Origin: an uncultured Microthrixaceae bacterium
GTDB lineage: Bacteria > Actinomycetota > Acidimicrobiia > Acidimicrobiales > CAVOFX01
Direction of reading: 5' to 3'
Assembly: GCA_963695115.1 (NCBI GenBank)
Contig: CAVOFX010000002.1
Location: 4,427 to 68,426 of the forward strand
Length of the DNA stretch: 64,000 bases
Part shown: piece after piece, positions 28,247-38,575 of the stretch
How the letters are laid out: each line of letters begins with the position of its first letter
Position numbering within the stretch: position 1 is the first letter of the stretch
Translations under genes and position numbers: made by a program
Notes under the pieces: generated by a model
Databases searched by the model: none
What the model saw: the letters and a program-made list of their open reading frames with translations, nothing else
What the model was told of the DNA's origin: nothing

Positions 28247-29347
28247 TCAGCTCTGGGAGGGAGTGGAGGCCCCACCGCCCGCGCCTGGTGGCGGAGCCGG
28301 GGCTGCCGGCGGAGCCGGTGTCGAAGGTTCCTGGGCAGGTCTCGACTTGGGCCCGGCGTCACCCGCCCGCCGGCGAGCCGGTCGGGGGTCATCGCCACCA
28401 TCTGACGGCCCTTGGCCGTTGAAGAGCTCGGCGACCCCGGCGAGGGACCCCATCACGCCCGACATCTCGGCGGGAAGGAAGATCTTGGTTGCTCGGCCGT
28501 CGGCGATCTCGGCCAGGGTCTCCAGGTACTTGATGGCGATGAGGTCCTCGGTGGGACGGCCGTCGTGGATCGACTGGTAGACGCTGCGAATTGCGTCCGC
28601 TTCACCCTGTGCGACCGTCTGCTGGCGGTACTGCTCCGCTTCGGCGACCTTGCGGGTCGCCTCGGCCTCGCCCTCCGCCTGGAGGATCTGGGACTCGCGC
28701 CGGCCCTGCGCGGTGAGGATCGCTGCCTGCTTCTCGCCCTCGGCGCGGGCGATCGCCGCCTCGCGTGCCCCGTCCGCTTCTGTGACGACCGCTCGCCGGG
28801 TGCGCTCCGCCTTCATCTGCTCGTGCATGGCGTGCATGACGTCCGGAGGGGGATCGATGCGCTGGATCTCGACCCGCACGACCCGGACGCCCCACTTGTC
28901 GGTGGCGTCGTCGAGGATCTGGCGGAGCTCGGTGTTGATCATCTCGCGAGATGTCAGCGCCGCGTCGAGATCCATGTCGCCAATCAGGTTGCGGAGGTTG
29001 GTCTGGGCGAGCTTCGTGACTGCGAGGATGAAGTTGGCGACGTTGTAGAGCAGGCGTTGGGGGTCGGTCGGCTCGTAGTAGACGACGGCATCGACCGAGA
29101 CGACGACGTTGTCCTCGGTGATGACCTCCTGCGGCGGTACGTCGACCACCTGCTCCCTCATGTCGACCACCCGAATCTTCTCGACGAACGGGTAGATGAT
29201 GCGCAGGCCGGGATCGACAGTCTCGCGGTACTTGCCGAGGCGCTCGATCACGCCCCTCTGGTACGGGCGGACGATCCGTACGCCGGCGGTGACGTAGAGG
29301 AAGATGAAGAAGGCGAGGATGACTGCCACGCCGATGACCGCGTTCAC
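28247..29347 (-). CDS. SPFH/band 7 (stomatin-like) protein with Pro/Ala-rich tail
   Basis: AAGGAG precedes the GTG at 29347. Motifs: IVRPYQRGVIERLGKYRETVDPGLRIIYPFVEKIRVVDMREQVVDVPPQEVITEDNVVVSVDAVVYY...RVEIQRIDPP. The start overlaps the nfeD stop (GTGA). Confidence 0.9.
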   Translation of the reverse strand: MNAVIGVAVILAFFIFLYVTAGVRIVRPYQRGVIERLGKYRETVDPGLRIIYPFVEKIRVVDMREQVVDVPPQEVITEDNVVVSVDAVVYYEPTDPQRLLYNVANFILAVTKLAQTNLRNLIGDMDLDAALTSREMINTELRQILDDATDKWGVRVVRVEIQRIDPPPDVMHAMHEQMKAERTRRAVVTEADGAREAAIARAEGEKQAAILTAQGRRESQILQAEGEAEATRKVAEAEQYRQQTVAQGEADAIRSVYQSIHDGRPTEDLIAIKYLETLAEIADGRATKIFLPAEMSGVMGSLAGVAELFNGQGPSDGGDDPRPARRRAGDAGPKSRPAQEPSTPAPPAAPAPPPGAGGGASTPSQS

Positions 29348-29859
29348 GAAGGGCTCCTTTCGCCTCCACTCGAGATCTGCCCCTGGTCCGGACCGACCGG
29401 GTGCACCAAACACCGCGTTCCGCGGACCTCGACCACCCTGACCTTCTGGCCGGCCTCGATCGGCACCCCGTCGGCCGACTCGGCTCGCCACTCCTCCCGG
29501 TGCACCCGGATGAGCCCGAGCTCGTCCTGTCCGATCGGCTGGAGCACGCTGGCCTCCTGCCCGATGAGGCGCTTCGCGCCGATGCCCTCGGCGGACTCGT
29601 CGCGGTCGAGCCGCCGTGCGAGGGGCCGGAAGGCGAGGAAGCAGCCCCCCGAGACGAGGACGAACACAACCCACTCGATGGTGACGCTCACCCCGAGGAA
29701 GGCGAGGAAGGAGGCGACCGCCGCGCCGATGGCGAAGGGGAGGAGGAAGAAGCTACCCGGCGAGGACATCTCACCTACGGCGAACACCACGGCCGCGACC
29801 AACCAGATCCAGCTCCAGGTCTCCGGCGACTCCATCGCTCCCTGCCTTCTCTCCAGCAT
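29344..29859 (-). CDS. NfeD family membrane protein
   Basis: TM segments are followed by ...GKRLIGQEASVLQPIGQDELGLIRVHREEWRAESADGVPIEAGQKVRVVEVRGTRCLV (OB-fold tail). This forms the classic NfeD-SPFH operon. The start may be the ATG at 29835. Confidence 0.85.
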   Translation of the reverse strand: MLERRQGAMESPETWSWIWLVAAVVFAVGEMSSPGSFFLLPFAIGAAVASFLAFLGVSVTIEWVVFVLVSGGCFLAFRPLARRLDRDESAEGIGAKRLIGQEASVLQPIGQDELGLIRVHREEWRAESADGVPIEAGQKVRVVEVRGTRCLVHPVGPDQGQISSGGERSPS

Positions 29860-29949
29860 CGCTGGCTCTGCGAGCTATCGGGTGCAACCCGGTAGAAGCA
29901 GATCCGCCGGGCATCCGATCGCCACCTTACGTCGTCGGCCGCTGTCGAG

Positions 29950-30831
29950 ATGCAGGGAGATAGCGTGCCAGCGGTGGAGGCCGGGGAGCTGAGCCTGCTG
30001 GCGGTGCACGCACACCCCGATGACGAGGCGTCCAAGGGCGCGCCCACGGTCGCGCGGTACAAGGCCGAGGGGGTGAGGACGACCCTGGTGTGCTGCACCG
30101 GCGGCGAGGTGGGGGACATCCTGAACCCGGTGATGGACATCCCCGAGGTGCGGGATCGCCTGGCCGAGGTGCGGCGGGACGAGCTGGCCCTGGCGGCGAG
30201 GATCATCGGGTACGACGAGGTCGTGATGCTCGGCTACCACGACTCGGGGATGCCGGACTCCCCTGAGAACGACCGGCAGGACAACTTCGCGAACGCCGAT
30301 CTGGACGAGGCAGTGGGCCGGCTGGTGGAGGTGATGCGGCGGGTCCGACCGCAGGTGGTCGTCACCTACTCCGACGACCAGGAGGGCTACCCGCACCCGG
30401 ACCACCTCCGGGTCCACGACATATCGGTACCGGCGTTCGAGCGGTCGGGTGACCCGGGCTGGCGTCCCGACCTCGGTGAGCCGTGGGAGCCGCAGAAGCT
30501 GTACTACGTCGTCTGGTCCCGGCACCGGATGCTCGCCACCCACGAGAAGTTCGTCGAGCTGGGGCTCGAGTCGCCGTTCGACGAGCACTGGTTCGAGCGA
30601 CCCTCCCAGGACCACCGGATCACGACGCAGGTCCCGATCGACGAGTGGTTCGACGTGCGGCTCGAGGCGCTCCTCGCCCACGCCACCCAGGTGGACCCCA
30701 CCTCGCCGTTCTGGTTCGGACTGCCGAGGGAGGAGGCACGGAAGGTCCACCCATTCGACGACTACGTGCTGGCAGCGACCAGGGTCCGGACCGCCCTGCC
30801 CGAGGACGACCTGTTCGCCGGGATCCGCTGA
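29950..30831 (+). CDS. mca: mycothiol conjugate amidase Mca (LmbE/PIG-L family)
   Basis: LLAVHAHPDDEASKGAPTVARY...CCTGGEVGDILNP...EVRRDEL...YPHPDHLRVHD...KLYYV...AHATQVDP...LFAGIR aligns along its length with mycobacterial Mca as I recall it. Confidence 0.85.
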   Translation: MQGDSVPAVEAGELSLLAVHAHPDDEASKGAPTVARYKAEGVRTTLVCCTGGEVGDILNPVMDIPEVRDRLAEVRRDELALAARIIGYDEVVMLGYHDSGMPDSPENDRQDNFANADLDEAVGRLVEVMRRVRPQVVVTYSDDQEGYPHPDHLRVHDISVPAFERSGDPGWRPDLGEPWEPQKLYYVVWSRHRMLATHEKFVELGLESPFDEHWFERPSQDHRITTQVPIDEWFDVRLEALLAHATQVDPTSPFWFGLPREEARKVHPFDDYVLAATRVRTALPEDDLFAGIR

Positions 30832-30841
30832 AGGGATCCGG

Positions 30842-31261
30842 TCACTCCGACGGGGGCCGGACCACTGCCTCGAAGCGGAGATCGGGGTCGTCGCGGTCGG
30901 CGAAGGCCACCGCGCCCTCGGTGTTGACCACGATGACGGTCGTCTCGCCGGGAAGCATCTCGCCGGTGTCGAAGATCAGGTCCTCGTCGCGCCTGCCCTG
31001 GATCCGGTGCGATCCGCCGGCTCCGTTGGTCAGCTCGAATCCCTGATCGGTCTCCAGCTCGATCCGGGACGGGTCGAACCCGTCCTCGGAGAGCGTGACC
31101 GTCCCGATGAGCTCGGGAGCGTTCTCCTCCAGGAGCTCGGGGCCTGGTACGCGGTCGTCGGGAGGTGGATCCCCACAGCCGGCGGCCAGCACGGGCAGCA
31201 GCGCGGCGACGAGCAGGTGAGCCGGTCGGCGCGCCCATCCCGCCCCCCTGGAGTGCCACAT
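30842..31261 (-). CDS. small secreted lipoprotein (possibly cupredoxin-like), 139 aa
   Basis: This is the tail of ORF 30842..31807 starting MWHSRGAGWARRPAHLLVAALLPVLAAGCGD (lipobox). The body is beta-rich. The fold call is tentative. Confidence 0.6.
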   Translation of the reverse strand: MWHSRGAGWARRPAHLLVAALLPVLAAGCGDPPPDDRVPGPELLEENAPELIGTVTLSEDGFDPSRIELETDQGFELTNGAGGSHRIQGRRDEDLIFDTGEMLPGETTVIVVNTEGAVAFADRDDPDLRFEAVVRPPSE

Positions 31262-31311
31262 CGTCAGCGGTCTACCACACCCGGATCCCGTGTCCTCGGC
31301 CACCACGGAGG

Positions 31312-32157
31312 TCAGGACGCAGCGCCATCCGCCCGCTGGAGATCCCTGAGGGCGCGCCACCCGATCAGCTGGATCCCGGCCCGCTCGATCGCGACCCTCA
31401 GCTCGGAGTCGTTCAGCATCAGCTCGCGGTCGTCGACCCGGCCGCTCCAGTCGGGGGCCAGTGCCCGCAGCTCCGGGGTGTCCGCGGCCGGATGCACGTA
31501 GATCTCCGTCACGCCGGGCTCGAGGTCCATGATGACGCGCTCCACGCGCTCGCGGCTGCCCACGCCGTTCACCAGCACGAAGTGGTCGGTGAACACCGCC
31601 CCCTCCTCGGCGGCGAGCTTCCTGAACGGGAAGCCGACCAGACCCTCGGTGGAGGCTCCTGACAGGCGGATCGGCAGTCGGTGCTCCAGCGCGAGCCCCA
31701 GGTAGATGTCGAAGAACTCGGGGCGTAGCTGGAGGGTGCCCATGTGGGAGTCGAGGTGGCTCACGTCGAAGCCCCAGAGGACGGCGCGCTCGATCTGCGC
31801 CTGGCACTCCTTGCGCACCTCGTCGAGGTCGGCGTGGTCCCAGACGTCACCGATCGTGCGAGGGAAGCCACCGTCCCCGTCGAGGAGCGACGGAGCGTAG
31901 GTGATCGGTCCCCAGCGGTAGAGGTCGTGCTCGGAGTTGAGGGTGAGGTGCACCCCGACGTCCTCACCCCGGTAGTGGGCGGCGGCCTCCCGGGCCCAGG
32001 GGCACGGCACCATGAGGGTTGCGCTCGTGGCGAGCCCGCTCCTCAGCGACTCGTAGACGCCGACGTTGGCGGCGTGGCTCGAGCCCAGGTCATCGCAGTT
32101 GATGATGAGCAGGCGGTCCTCTGATCCGTAGCCGAGTCGCTCAGCCAGGGCAGTCAC
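31312..32157 (-). CDS. ChbG/HpnK (YdjC-like) carbohydrate deacetylase family protein
   Basis: LLIINCDDLGSSHAANVGV...ATLMVPCPW...GVHLTL...SHLDSHMG...EIYVHPA. Confidence 0.8.
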   Translation of the reverse strand: MTALAERLGYGSEDRLLIINCDDLGSSHAANVGVYESLRSGLATSATLMVPCPWAREAAAHYRGEDVGVHLTLNSEHDLYRWGPITYAPSLLDGDGGFPRTIGDVWDHADLDEVRKECQAQIERAVLWGFDVSHLDSHMGTLQLRPEFFDIYLGLALEHRLPIRLSGASTEGLVGFPFRKLAAEEGAVFTDHFVLVNGVGSRERVERVIMDLEPGVTEIYVHPAADTPELRALAPDWSGRVDDRELMLNDSELRVAIERAGIQLIGWRALRDLQRADGAAS

Positions 32158-32227
32158 GGGGCAAACGGTACTGCCTGGGCGTCGATGCCGGTCGGGGGCG
32201 GCCCGGGATCCGGCCCCCCGGGGTGCC

Positions 32228-32734
32228 TCAGGACCCGGCGGGGACGTCGGCGCTCCCGCACGCCGACCACAGCCCCCGTCGCTCGGCCCGCGCCCGGGAG
32301 GCCGCCGCCCGGAGCGTCGACTCGTAGGCGGTGTTGGGCTCGATCACGAGGACCTCCGCGTAGCCCTGCTCGACCAGCTCGCGGTTCACGAAGAGGCCGT
32401 CCTCGACCCGGTGCACGTACACGAGCAGCCGGTCGTAGCGGTCGCGTGCCTCCACGTCGCGCTCCAGGCGGAGCTCTGTGCCCGGGGGCAGGAGGGAACG
32501 GGTGAACGCCTCTGCCTCGGGTCCGAAGCACTCGACCGGCTTCTCCGGGTGCTTGGTCTCGGGTGTGTCCACGCCGAGGAACCTCACCGTCTCCCGCCTG
32601 GACGAGATCTCGACGACGGCCGTGTCTCCGTCGATCACCTCGACGACGGTCGCGGAGTCGGGCGGAGCGTGGCTCTCGGCCGAGCAGGCGCTGACGCCGG
32701 CGACGAGAGCCAGCAGGAGCGTCAGGTGACGCAT
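32228..32734 (-). CDS. thermonuclease (SNase-like) lipoprotein
   Basis: MRHLTLLLALVAGVSACS (lipobox), then VVEVIDGDTAVVE...VRFLGVDTPETKHP...RDRYDRLLVYVH...NRELVEQGYA...AERRGLWS. This is the tail of ORF 32228..32926. Confidence 0.85.
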   Translation of the reverse strand: MRHLTLLLALVAGVSACSAESHAPPDSATVVEVIDGDTAVVEISSRRETVRFLGVDTPETKHPEKPVECFGPEAEAFTRSLLPPGTELRLERDVEARDRYDRLLVYVHRVEDGLFVNRELVEQGYAEVLVIEPNTAYESTLRAAASRARAERRGLWSACGSADVPAGS

Positions 32735-32877
32735 GGGTCGCAGACCTCCGGGGGGTGGGCTCGCGGTCGGACGCGGGCCGAACGGTCGGGGCAGCCGGGG
32801 CTGCGAGGCCCGGGCCTGCCCGGGCGCTGCCGGCTCTCCGGACGCCGCGTGCGAGGCCTGCGTCGGGGAGCCTGTCG

Positions 32878-34068
32878 TCAGATCCGCTGGATCAGCGTTC
32901 CCGTCCCGAGGCCACCCCCGCAGCACATGGTGATCAGCGCGAGCTCGCCATCAGATCGCTCCAGCTCGTGCAGGGCCTTGGTCATCAGGATCGCGCCGGT
33001 GCCACCGAGGGGATGCCCGAGAGCGATGGCCCCGCCGTTGGGGTTCACCTTCGCCATGTCGGGCTTCAGCTCGCGCTCCCAGGCCAGCACGACCGAAGCG
33101 AAGGCCTCGTTGATCTCGACGACGTCCACGTCGGCCATCGAGAGGCCGTTGCGCTCGAGCAGGCGATGGGAAGCGGGGATCGGCCCCTCCAGCATGAGGA
33201 CGGGGTCGCAGCCGACGAGGCAGGTGTCGACCACACGGGCGCGTGCCCGGAGACCGAGCGCGTCCACCTTCTCGCGGGTCGTCATGAGCACTGCTCCGGC
33301 CCCGTCGGAGATCTGCGACGAGCTCCCGGCGGTGTGGATCCCGTCTTCGCGAGCCACGGGCTTCAGGGCGGCGAGGCCCTCCAGGGTCGTCTCGCGTGGG
33401 CCTTCGTCGCGCTCCAGCCGGTGGGTGGCGCCGGTGGGCTTGCCCTCCTCGTCCAGGTCGGGTGCGTCGACCGGGACGATCTGGGTGCCGAACCGGTCCT
33501 GGGCCCAGGCCTCGGCTGCCCGCTGCTGCGACAGGAGGGCGAAGGCGTCGGTGTCGGCGCGGGTGATCCCCCACTTCTCGGCGATCCGTTCGGCGCCCTC
33601 GAACTGGGACGTGAACTCGTAGCGCTCGAAGTACGACCGCGGCACGGCCTTCCCCACCCCGAGCCCGCGGCCGAGGCTGGATCCCATCGGGACCTGGCTC
33701 ATCACCTCCACCCCACAGCTCACCGCCACGTCGACGACGCCCGATTGGACCATGGCGGTGGCGACGTTGGTCGCCTGCTGCGAGGATCCGCACTGGCTGT
33801 CCACCGTGGTGGCGGGGGCGGCCTCGGGAAGCCCTGCTGTCAGCCAGGCCGTGCGGGCGATGTTGAAGGCCTGCATGCCGACCTGGCTCACGCAGCCTCC
33901 GACCACCTGCTCGACCTCCTGTGGGTCGATGCCCGATCGGTCGATCACCTCCTTCTGCACGAAGGCGAGGAGGTCCACCGAGTGCATCGTGGAGAGCCCT
34001 CCACCCCTCTTGCCGACCGGTGACCGGACGGCCTCCACGATCACGACTTCACGAGGGCCGGTGCTCAT
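32878..34068 (-). CDS. acetyl-CoA C-acyltransferase (thiolase)
   Basis: 396 aa: VIVEAVRSPVGKRGG...VDSQCGSSQQA...NEAFA...NPNGGAIALGHPLGGTGA...CCGGGLGTG. Confidence 0.9.
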   Translation of the reverse strand: MSTGPREVVIVEAVRSPVGKRGGGLSTMHSVDLLAFVQKEVIDRSGIDPQEVEQVVGGCVSQVGMQAFNIARTAWLTAGLPEAAPATTVDSQCGSSQQATNVATAMVQSGVVDVAVSCGVEVMSQVPMGSSLGRGLGVGKAVPRSYFERYEFTSQFEGAERIAEKWGITRADTDAFALLSQQRAAEAWAQDRFGTQIVPVDAPDLDEEGKPTGATHRLERDEGPRETTLEGLAALKPVAREDGIHTAGSSSQISDGAGAVLMTTREKVDALGLRARARVVDTCLVGCDPVLMLEGPIPASHRLLERNGLSMADVDVVEINEAFASVVLAWERELKPDMAKVNPNGGAIALGHPLGGTGAILMTKALHELERSDGELALITMCCGGGLGTGTLIQRI

Positions 34069-34333
34069 GTCCTGATCCCCTTGGGTTCGACGAGATGGGT
34101 GCGCTGGGAGACCCTAGAGGAACCCTCGCGGGCGGACCAGCGTCACGCGGCCTGCGCGCGCGATGCTCGTCGAGAGCGGCGCGCCGGGCATCCTCGATGG
34201 CCGCCCGGGCGCTCTCCACACCGCGGCGCCCTATGTCGCGAGTCCGATCGTCGATTCGCCACTCGGCTGGGGTCTCGTCGATGAGTGCCAGTTGCTTCTC
34301 CACGACTTCCAGTATGCGGAGAGGGTGTGACAA
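34049..34333 (-). CDS. small hypothetical protein (94 aa)
   Basis: The first ~60 aa look coding (MSHPLRILEVVEKQLALIDETPAEWRIDDRTRDIGRRGVESARAAIEDARRAALDEH). The tail overlapping the thiolase start looks like read-through, so the 3' limit is uncertain. Confidence 0.4.
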   Translation of the reverse strand: MSHPLRILEVVEKQLALIDETPAEWRIDDRTRDIGRRGVESARAAIEDARRAALDEHRARRPRDAGPPARVPLGSPSAPISSNPRGSGHEHRPS

Positions 34334-34471
34334 TGCCGCTCCCCGGGCGGGATCGAATCCTGGCAGCTCGCTGTCGGCTCGCCACCGACCTCCCGCACCT
34401 GATCTTCTCCGGCCCCGACCGGGCCTCCCGCAGCTCGCTGTCGTCTCGCCGGGTCGTCGGCCCGTCTCGGT

Positions 34472-35860
34472 TCAGACCGGTGAGCCGGGAGCGACGAGTG
34501 GCCAGGGGCGGATCTGCTCGACCGCGCGCGCAAGGTCCAGCAGCAGGGCGTCCTCGTGGTGGCGACCGATGACCTGCATCCCGACCGGGAGGCCGTCGAC
34601 GGTGCCGGCGGGGATGGAGATGCCGGGGTTGCCGGTGATGTTGGCGGGTGCGGTGAGTGCGGCGTTGTTCTCGGGTCCCACGGTCTGGCTCCCGACCCGG
34701 GTGTTGATGGTCACGTCCGCGTCGCAGGCCACGTCCGGGTTCGTGGCGGTGATGAGGAAGTCGACCTGGTCGAAGACGTCGGCGGTCGCCTCGTTCAAGA
34801 GCGTTCGCTTCTCCTCCACCTGCGCGGCGATGTCGAGGTTCATCACCTGCTCCGCGAGCGTGAGCCCGAAGGCGATCTCCGAGGTGAGGTCGTCCTTGCA
34901 GTCGGGCCAGAGGTCCCCGAGCGCCCTCTTGAGCTGAGAGAGGTTCGCGACCGCCCACTCGACGGCGATTCCGGGGATCGCGACGTCGATGTCGACCACC
35001 TCGAGCCCCGTCTCGGCGACCAGCTCGCGAGCGACCTCGTTGACCAGCTCCTTCACCTCGTCACGTACCACCGCGTGACCGACGGTGAAGCAGATCGTCG
35101 CCTTCTTGCCCCGGAGGTCGTACGACCCGAGGTCCTGCTCCCAGCCCTCGACGCGCGGCAACGAGTACGGATCCCGAGGGTGGTAGCCGTTGGCGACGTC
35201 GTAGTAGCGGCACACGTCTCGCACCGAGCGGGCGAGGCACCCGACCACGACGGTGAGGGGGGAGATCTCGGTGTGGGGTCCCCGTGGGATCCGACCCGCC
35301 GTCCCCTTCATCCCCACGAGTCCGCAGAAGCCCGCGGGGATCCGGATCGACCCCCCGCCGTCGCCACCGCTGGCGATCGGCACGAGGCCACCGGAGACCG
35401 CAGTCGCGCTGCCCCCCGAGGAGCCACCCGCGGTCTTCGTCGGGTTCCACGCGTTGCCGGACACCCCGTTCAGCTTGCTGACGCTCACGTTCAAGCCGCC
35501 GAACTCAGACGCGATGGTCTGTCCGACCGGCACGAGCCCCGATCCGATCGCGCGGGTCATCGCGGTGCTCGTGTGGGTGGCGATCCGGTCCTTGAACACG
35601 AGCGATGCCTCGGTGGCCGGCCAGCCCTCCACCGGATCGAGCTGCTTGATCCCGAACGGCACACCACCGAACGGCTCGGAGGGGTCGGCGCCCCTGGCGG
35701 CGTCACGGGCCCGCTCCAGGTCGAGGTGGGAGAAGGCGTTGAGACCGCTCGACTCGACGGCGGCGATGCACGCCTCCAGCTCGTCCACCGGCGAACGCTC
35801 TCCGGAGCGGTACGCGTCGACCAGGGAGCATGCATCACCGAGCCATGGGGTGTCAGCCAT
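34472..35860 (-). CDS. amidase (amidase-signature family)
   Basis: 462 aa carrying the AS signature GGSSGGSATAVSGGLVPIASGGDGGGSIRIPAGFCGLVGMKGT. Confidence 0.9.
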   Translation of the reverse strand: MADTPWLGDACSLVDAYRSGERSPVDELEACIAAVESSGLNAFSHLDLERARDAARGADPSEPFGGVPFGIKQLDPVEGWPATEASLVFKDRIATHTSTAMTRAIGSGLVPVGQTIASEFGGLNVSVSKLNGVSGNAWNPTKTAGGSSGGSATAVSGGLVPIASGGDGGGSIRIPAGFCGLVGMKGTAGRIPRGPHTEISPLTVVVGCLARSVRDVCRYYDVANGYHPRDPYSLPRVEGWEQDLGSYDLRGKKATICFTVGHAVVRDEVKELVNEVARELVAETGLEVVDIDVAIPGIAVEWAVANLSQLKRALGDLWPDCKDDLTSEIAFGLTLAEQVMNLDIAAQVEEKRTLLNEATADVFDQVDFLITATNPDVACDADVTINTRVGSQTVGPENNAALTAPANITGNPGISIPAGTVDGLPVGMQVIGRHHEDALLLDLARAVEQIRPWPLVAPGSPV

Positions 35861-35886
35861 AGCGGGTCAGCATAGGGTGACGCTCC

Positions 35887-36691
35887 GTGAAGGCGCACGA
35901 GTTCCTCGGGCTGGAGGCCACACGAGACCCGCTCCGGTATCGGTTGCCCGTCGTGCCGTCGGTGTGCACCTGGGGCGGCTTCCTGTTCGGGGGATCCGGT
36001 CTCGGAGCTGCCATCACCGCGATGGAGTCGGCCACCGGCCGCCCCGTGGTGTGGGCCACGGCGCAGTACCTCTCCTACGCGCGACCGCCGGACGTGATGG
36101 AGGTGGAGGTGGTCGTGCCGTCGTCGGGGCACCACGTCAGCCAGGCCCGTGCTGTCGGGCACGTGGGCTCGAAGGAGATACTGACGGTCAACGCCGCGCT
36201 CGGGGTCCCGCCCTGACCGCGCGGTCGGAACCTGGGCGGCCTTCCCCGACGGACTGCCCGCACCGGAGGCCTGTCGCCCTCTGGACCAGCCCGACCGCGA
36301 GGGGGTTTCGGTCGCCACCCGCTTCGATCGGCGCGTCATCAAGGGGCGCCAGCCGGAGGAGCTCGATGGCACCCCCGGGGACGGCGTCACCCGGCTGTGG
36401 ATCCGTCTCCCGGAGGATCTCGACATGTCGGCGGCCGCGCTCGCGATCCTCGGTGACTACGTGCCGCTCGGCATCCGTCAGGCGCTCGGGGTGGGTGCAG
36501 GCGGGACGAGCCTCGACAACACCCTCCGGGTCGCCCGACTGGTTCCGACGGAGTGGGTGCTCTCCGACATCCACATCCACGCCGTCGCGAACGGGTTCGG
36601 CCACGGGCGCGTGCATCTCTGGTCGCAGGATGGGACGCTGCTGGGCATCGCGAGCCAGTCGGCGATCATCCGATACTGGAAGGACAGATGA
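35887..36691 (+). pseudogene. acyl-CoA thioesterase II-like (TesB-like), apparent +1 frameshift near 36200-36210
   Basis: MKAHEFLGLEATRDPLRYRLPV...GGFLFGGSGLGAAITAME...HVSQARAVGH...NAALG is in ORF 35887..36216. It continues as RPDRAVGTWAAFPDGLPAPEAC...TRLWIRLPEDLDMSAAALAILGDYVPLG...NGFGHGRVHLWSQDGTLLGIASQSAIIR in the frame of ORF 36425..36691. The shift lies in a G/C homopolymer context (cggggtcccgccc). Confidence 0.75.
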
Positions 36692-37659
36692 TGGCGCGTT
36701 GGGGGATGACGATCCCGTTCGGTGGGGTGGCGCTGCACGATCACCGCGACCGGTTCCGGGAGCTGGTCGACCTCGGGTACACCGACGTGTGGTCGGCCGA
36801 GGCGGACGGTGCGGACGCGTTCACCCCGCTCGCCCTGGCGGCTGCATGGGCTCCCGAGCTGCGACTCGGGACTGCGATCGTGCCCTCGTTCACCCGTGGC
36901 CCGGCGACGATGGCGCAGTCGGTGGGTTCGTTGGCCGATGCCGCCCCGGGGCGGTTCGTCTTCGGCATAGGGACCTCCTCGAACGTGATCGTCGAGCGCT
37001 GGAACGACATCCCCTTCGAGGAGCCGTACCGGCGGACGCGCGACATGGTGAGGTTCCTCCGGACAGCGCTGACGGGGGAGAAGGTGAAGCAGGAGTACGA
37101 GACCTTCTCGGTCCGGGGCTTCCGGCTGGGGCAGGTTCCGGCGGAGGTGCCGCCGATCCTCATCGCCGCGCTGCGGCCGGGGATGCTGCGCCTCGCCGGT
37201 CGGGAGGGTGACGGGGCCATCATCAACTGGCTCTCGGCGGAGGACGTCTCCAGGGTCGCGCCCGTCGTGCACGAGGCCGCCGGCGGTGCGGAGCGCGAGG
37301 TGGTGGCCCGGATCTTCGTGGCACCGCTCGACGACGCGGATGCAGTGCGTGGGTTCGGCAGGTTCGCCATCGCCGCCTACCTGAACGTGCCGGTGTACGC
37401 GGCGTTCCACGAGTGGCTGGGCCGTGGCGAGCAGCTGCGGCCGATGTGGGACGCGTGGCAGGCCGGCGATCGCCAGGCCGCCCTGGCCGCGATCCCCGAC
37501 TCCCTGGTCGACGAGCTGATCGTCCACGGGCCGCCCGAGGCCTGCCGCGAGCACGTGGAGCGCTACATCGAGAACGGGGTGGACACGCCGGCCCTCGCGA
37601 TCCTTCCCTTCCCCGGGATCGACCAGCGGCGCGCGCTCCGGGACCTGGCACCGCGCTGA
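36688..37659 (+). CDS. LLM-class F420-dependent oxidoreductase
   Basis: MMARWGMTIPFGGVAL...GYTDVWSAEADGADAFTPLA...LGTAIVPSFTRGP...FGIGTSSNVIVERWNDIPF... The start overlaps the thioesterase stop (ATGATG). Confidence 0.85.
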   Translation: MMARWGMTIPFGGVALHDHRDRFRELVDLGYTDVWSAEADGADAFTPLALAAAWAPELRLGTAIVPSFTRGPATMAQSVGSLADAAPGRFVFGIGTSSNVIVERWNDIPFEEPYRRTRDMVRFLRTALTGEKVKQEYETFSVRGFRLGQVPAEVPPILIAALRPGMLRLAGREGDGAIINWLSAEDVSRVAPVVHEAAGGAEREVVARIFVAPLDDADAVRGFGRFAIAAYLNVPVYAAFHEWLGRGEQLRPMWDAWQAGDRQAALAAIPDSLVDELIVHGPPEACREHVERYIENGVDTPALAILPFPGIDQRRALRDLAPR

Positions 37660-37771
37660 TCTGCCGCCGTGGCTCGGCGTCGGAGCTGAGCTCCGGAGGG
37701 AAGGGCCGGGCAGGCGCCGAGCGTCCTGGGTCGGCGGGTCGAGTCGCGGTGGTCGGCGGTGCCGGCCGGTA

Positions 37772-38497
37772 TCAGCGCTGCGGTCGGATCATCGCGTCGA
37801 AGCAGGAGACGACCCCGAAGGCGTGGCGCTCGGTGGTCGCCCCGTCGGCCATGGCCAGGCTCATCGTCAGTCCAAGGCAGAGCGCCTCGGCCCCGGCGCC
37901 GATCACGTCGGGGTCGAGGTCGTCCCGGAGCTGACCGTCGGCCTGGCCCCGGCGCAACGCCTCGGCCACGGTGTGGCCGAGCTCGTGGATCGCGGGGAGG
38001 TCGACGAGCTGCTTGACGGCGTCGGGCTCCTGGCCGCGCAGCACACGTCGGGTGAGGGGGTGCCTCTCGAGCGCTCCACCCAGGTACAGGACGAGCGCGG
38101 GGATGAGCTGACGTGGGTCCATCGCGGCAGCCTGCTCCGTTGCCTCACCGATGAGCGCCGCGACGTCGGAATCCACCGCATGGCGGAACAGATCGCTCTT
38201 GTTCTCGAAGTACGCGTAGACGGCGGCCTGGGTGAGCCCGGCCTCGCGACTGATCTCCGAGACCGAGGTCTGGCGGAAGCCGTTGGACCCGAACTGCGAG
38301 ATCGCGATCTCGAGGAGGCGGCGTCTGGTGCGCTCACCCTTCGTCTCGGAGCCCGGCGTCTCGGTGTCCTGCGCCGGGGCGCCGACCTTCACGGTCTGGG
38401 CTCGGTGCTCTCCCGCGTCAGGTCGAGGTGTCCCTGTGCCATCGGTCGTGGGCCACGCGCCGTGGAGCTCCGCGCTCTGGACCCCCGCGCCGTCCAT
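37772..38497 (-). CDS. TetR family transcriptional regulator (paralog A)
   Basis: The HTH region is ERTRRRLLEIAISQFGSNGFRQTSVSEISREAGLTQAAVYAYFENKSDLF. The long N-terminal extension is doubtful and a GTG at 38392 is an alternative start. Confidence 0.8.
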   Translation of the reverse strand: MDGAGVQSAELHGAWPTTDGTGTPRPDAGEHRAQTVKVGAPAQDTETPGSETKGERTRRRLLEIAISQFGSNGFRQTSVSEISREAGLTQAAVYAYFENKSDLFRHAVDSDVAALIGEATEQAAAMDPRQLIPALVLYLGGALERHPLTRRVLRGQEPDAVKQLVDLPAIHELGHTVAEALRRGQADGQLRDDLDPDVIGAGAEALCLGLTMSLAMADGATTERHAFGVVSCFDAMIRPQR

Positions 38498-38575
38498 GCC
38501 CTGAGGGTAACGGAAGTGATAAGTCTTGTGAACCTATCAAAGTGTGGGCGCTCCAAGTCCTGGACGGTGCACCGA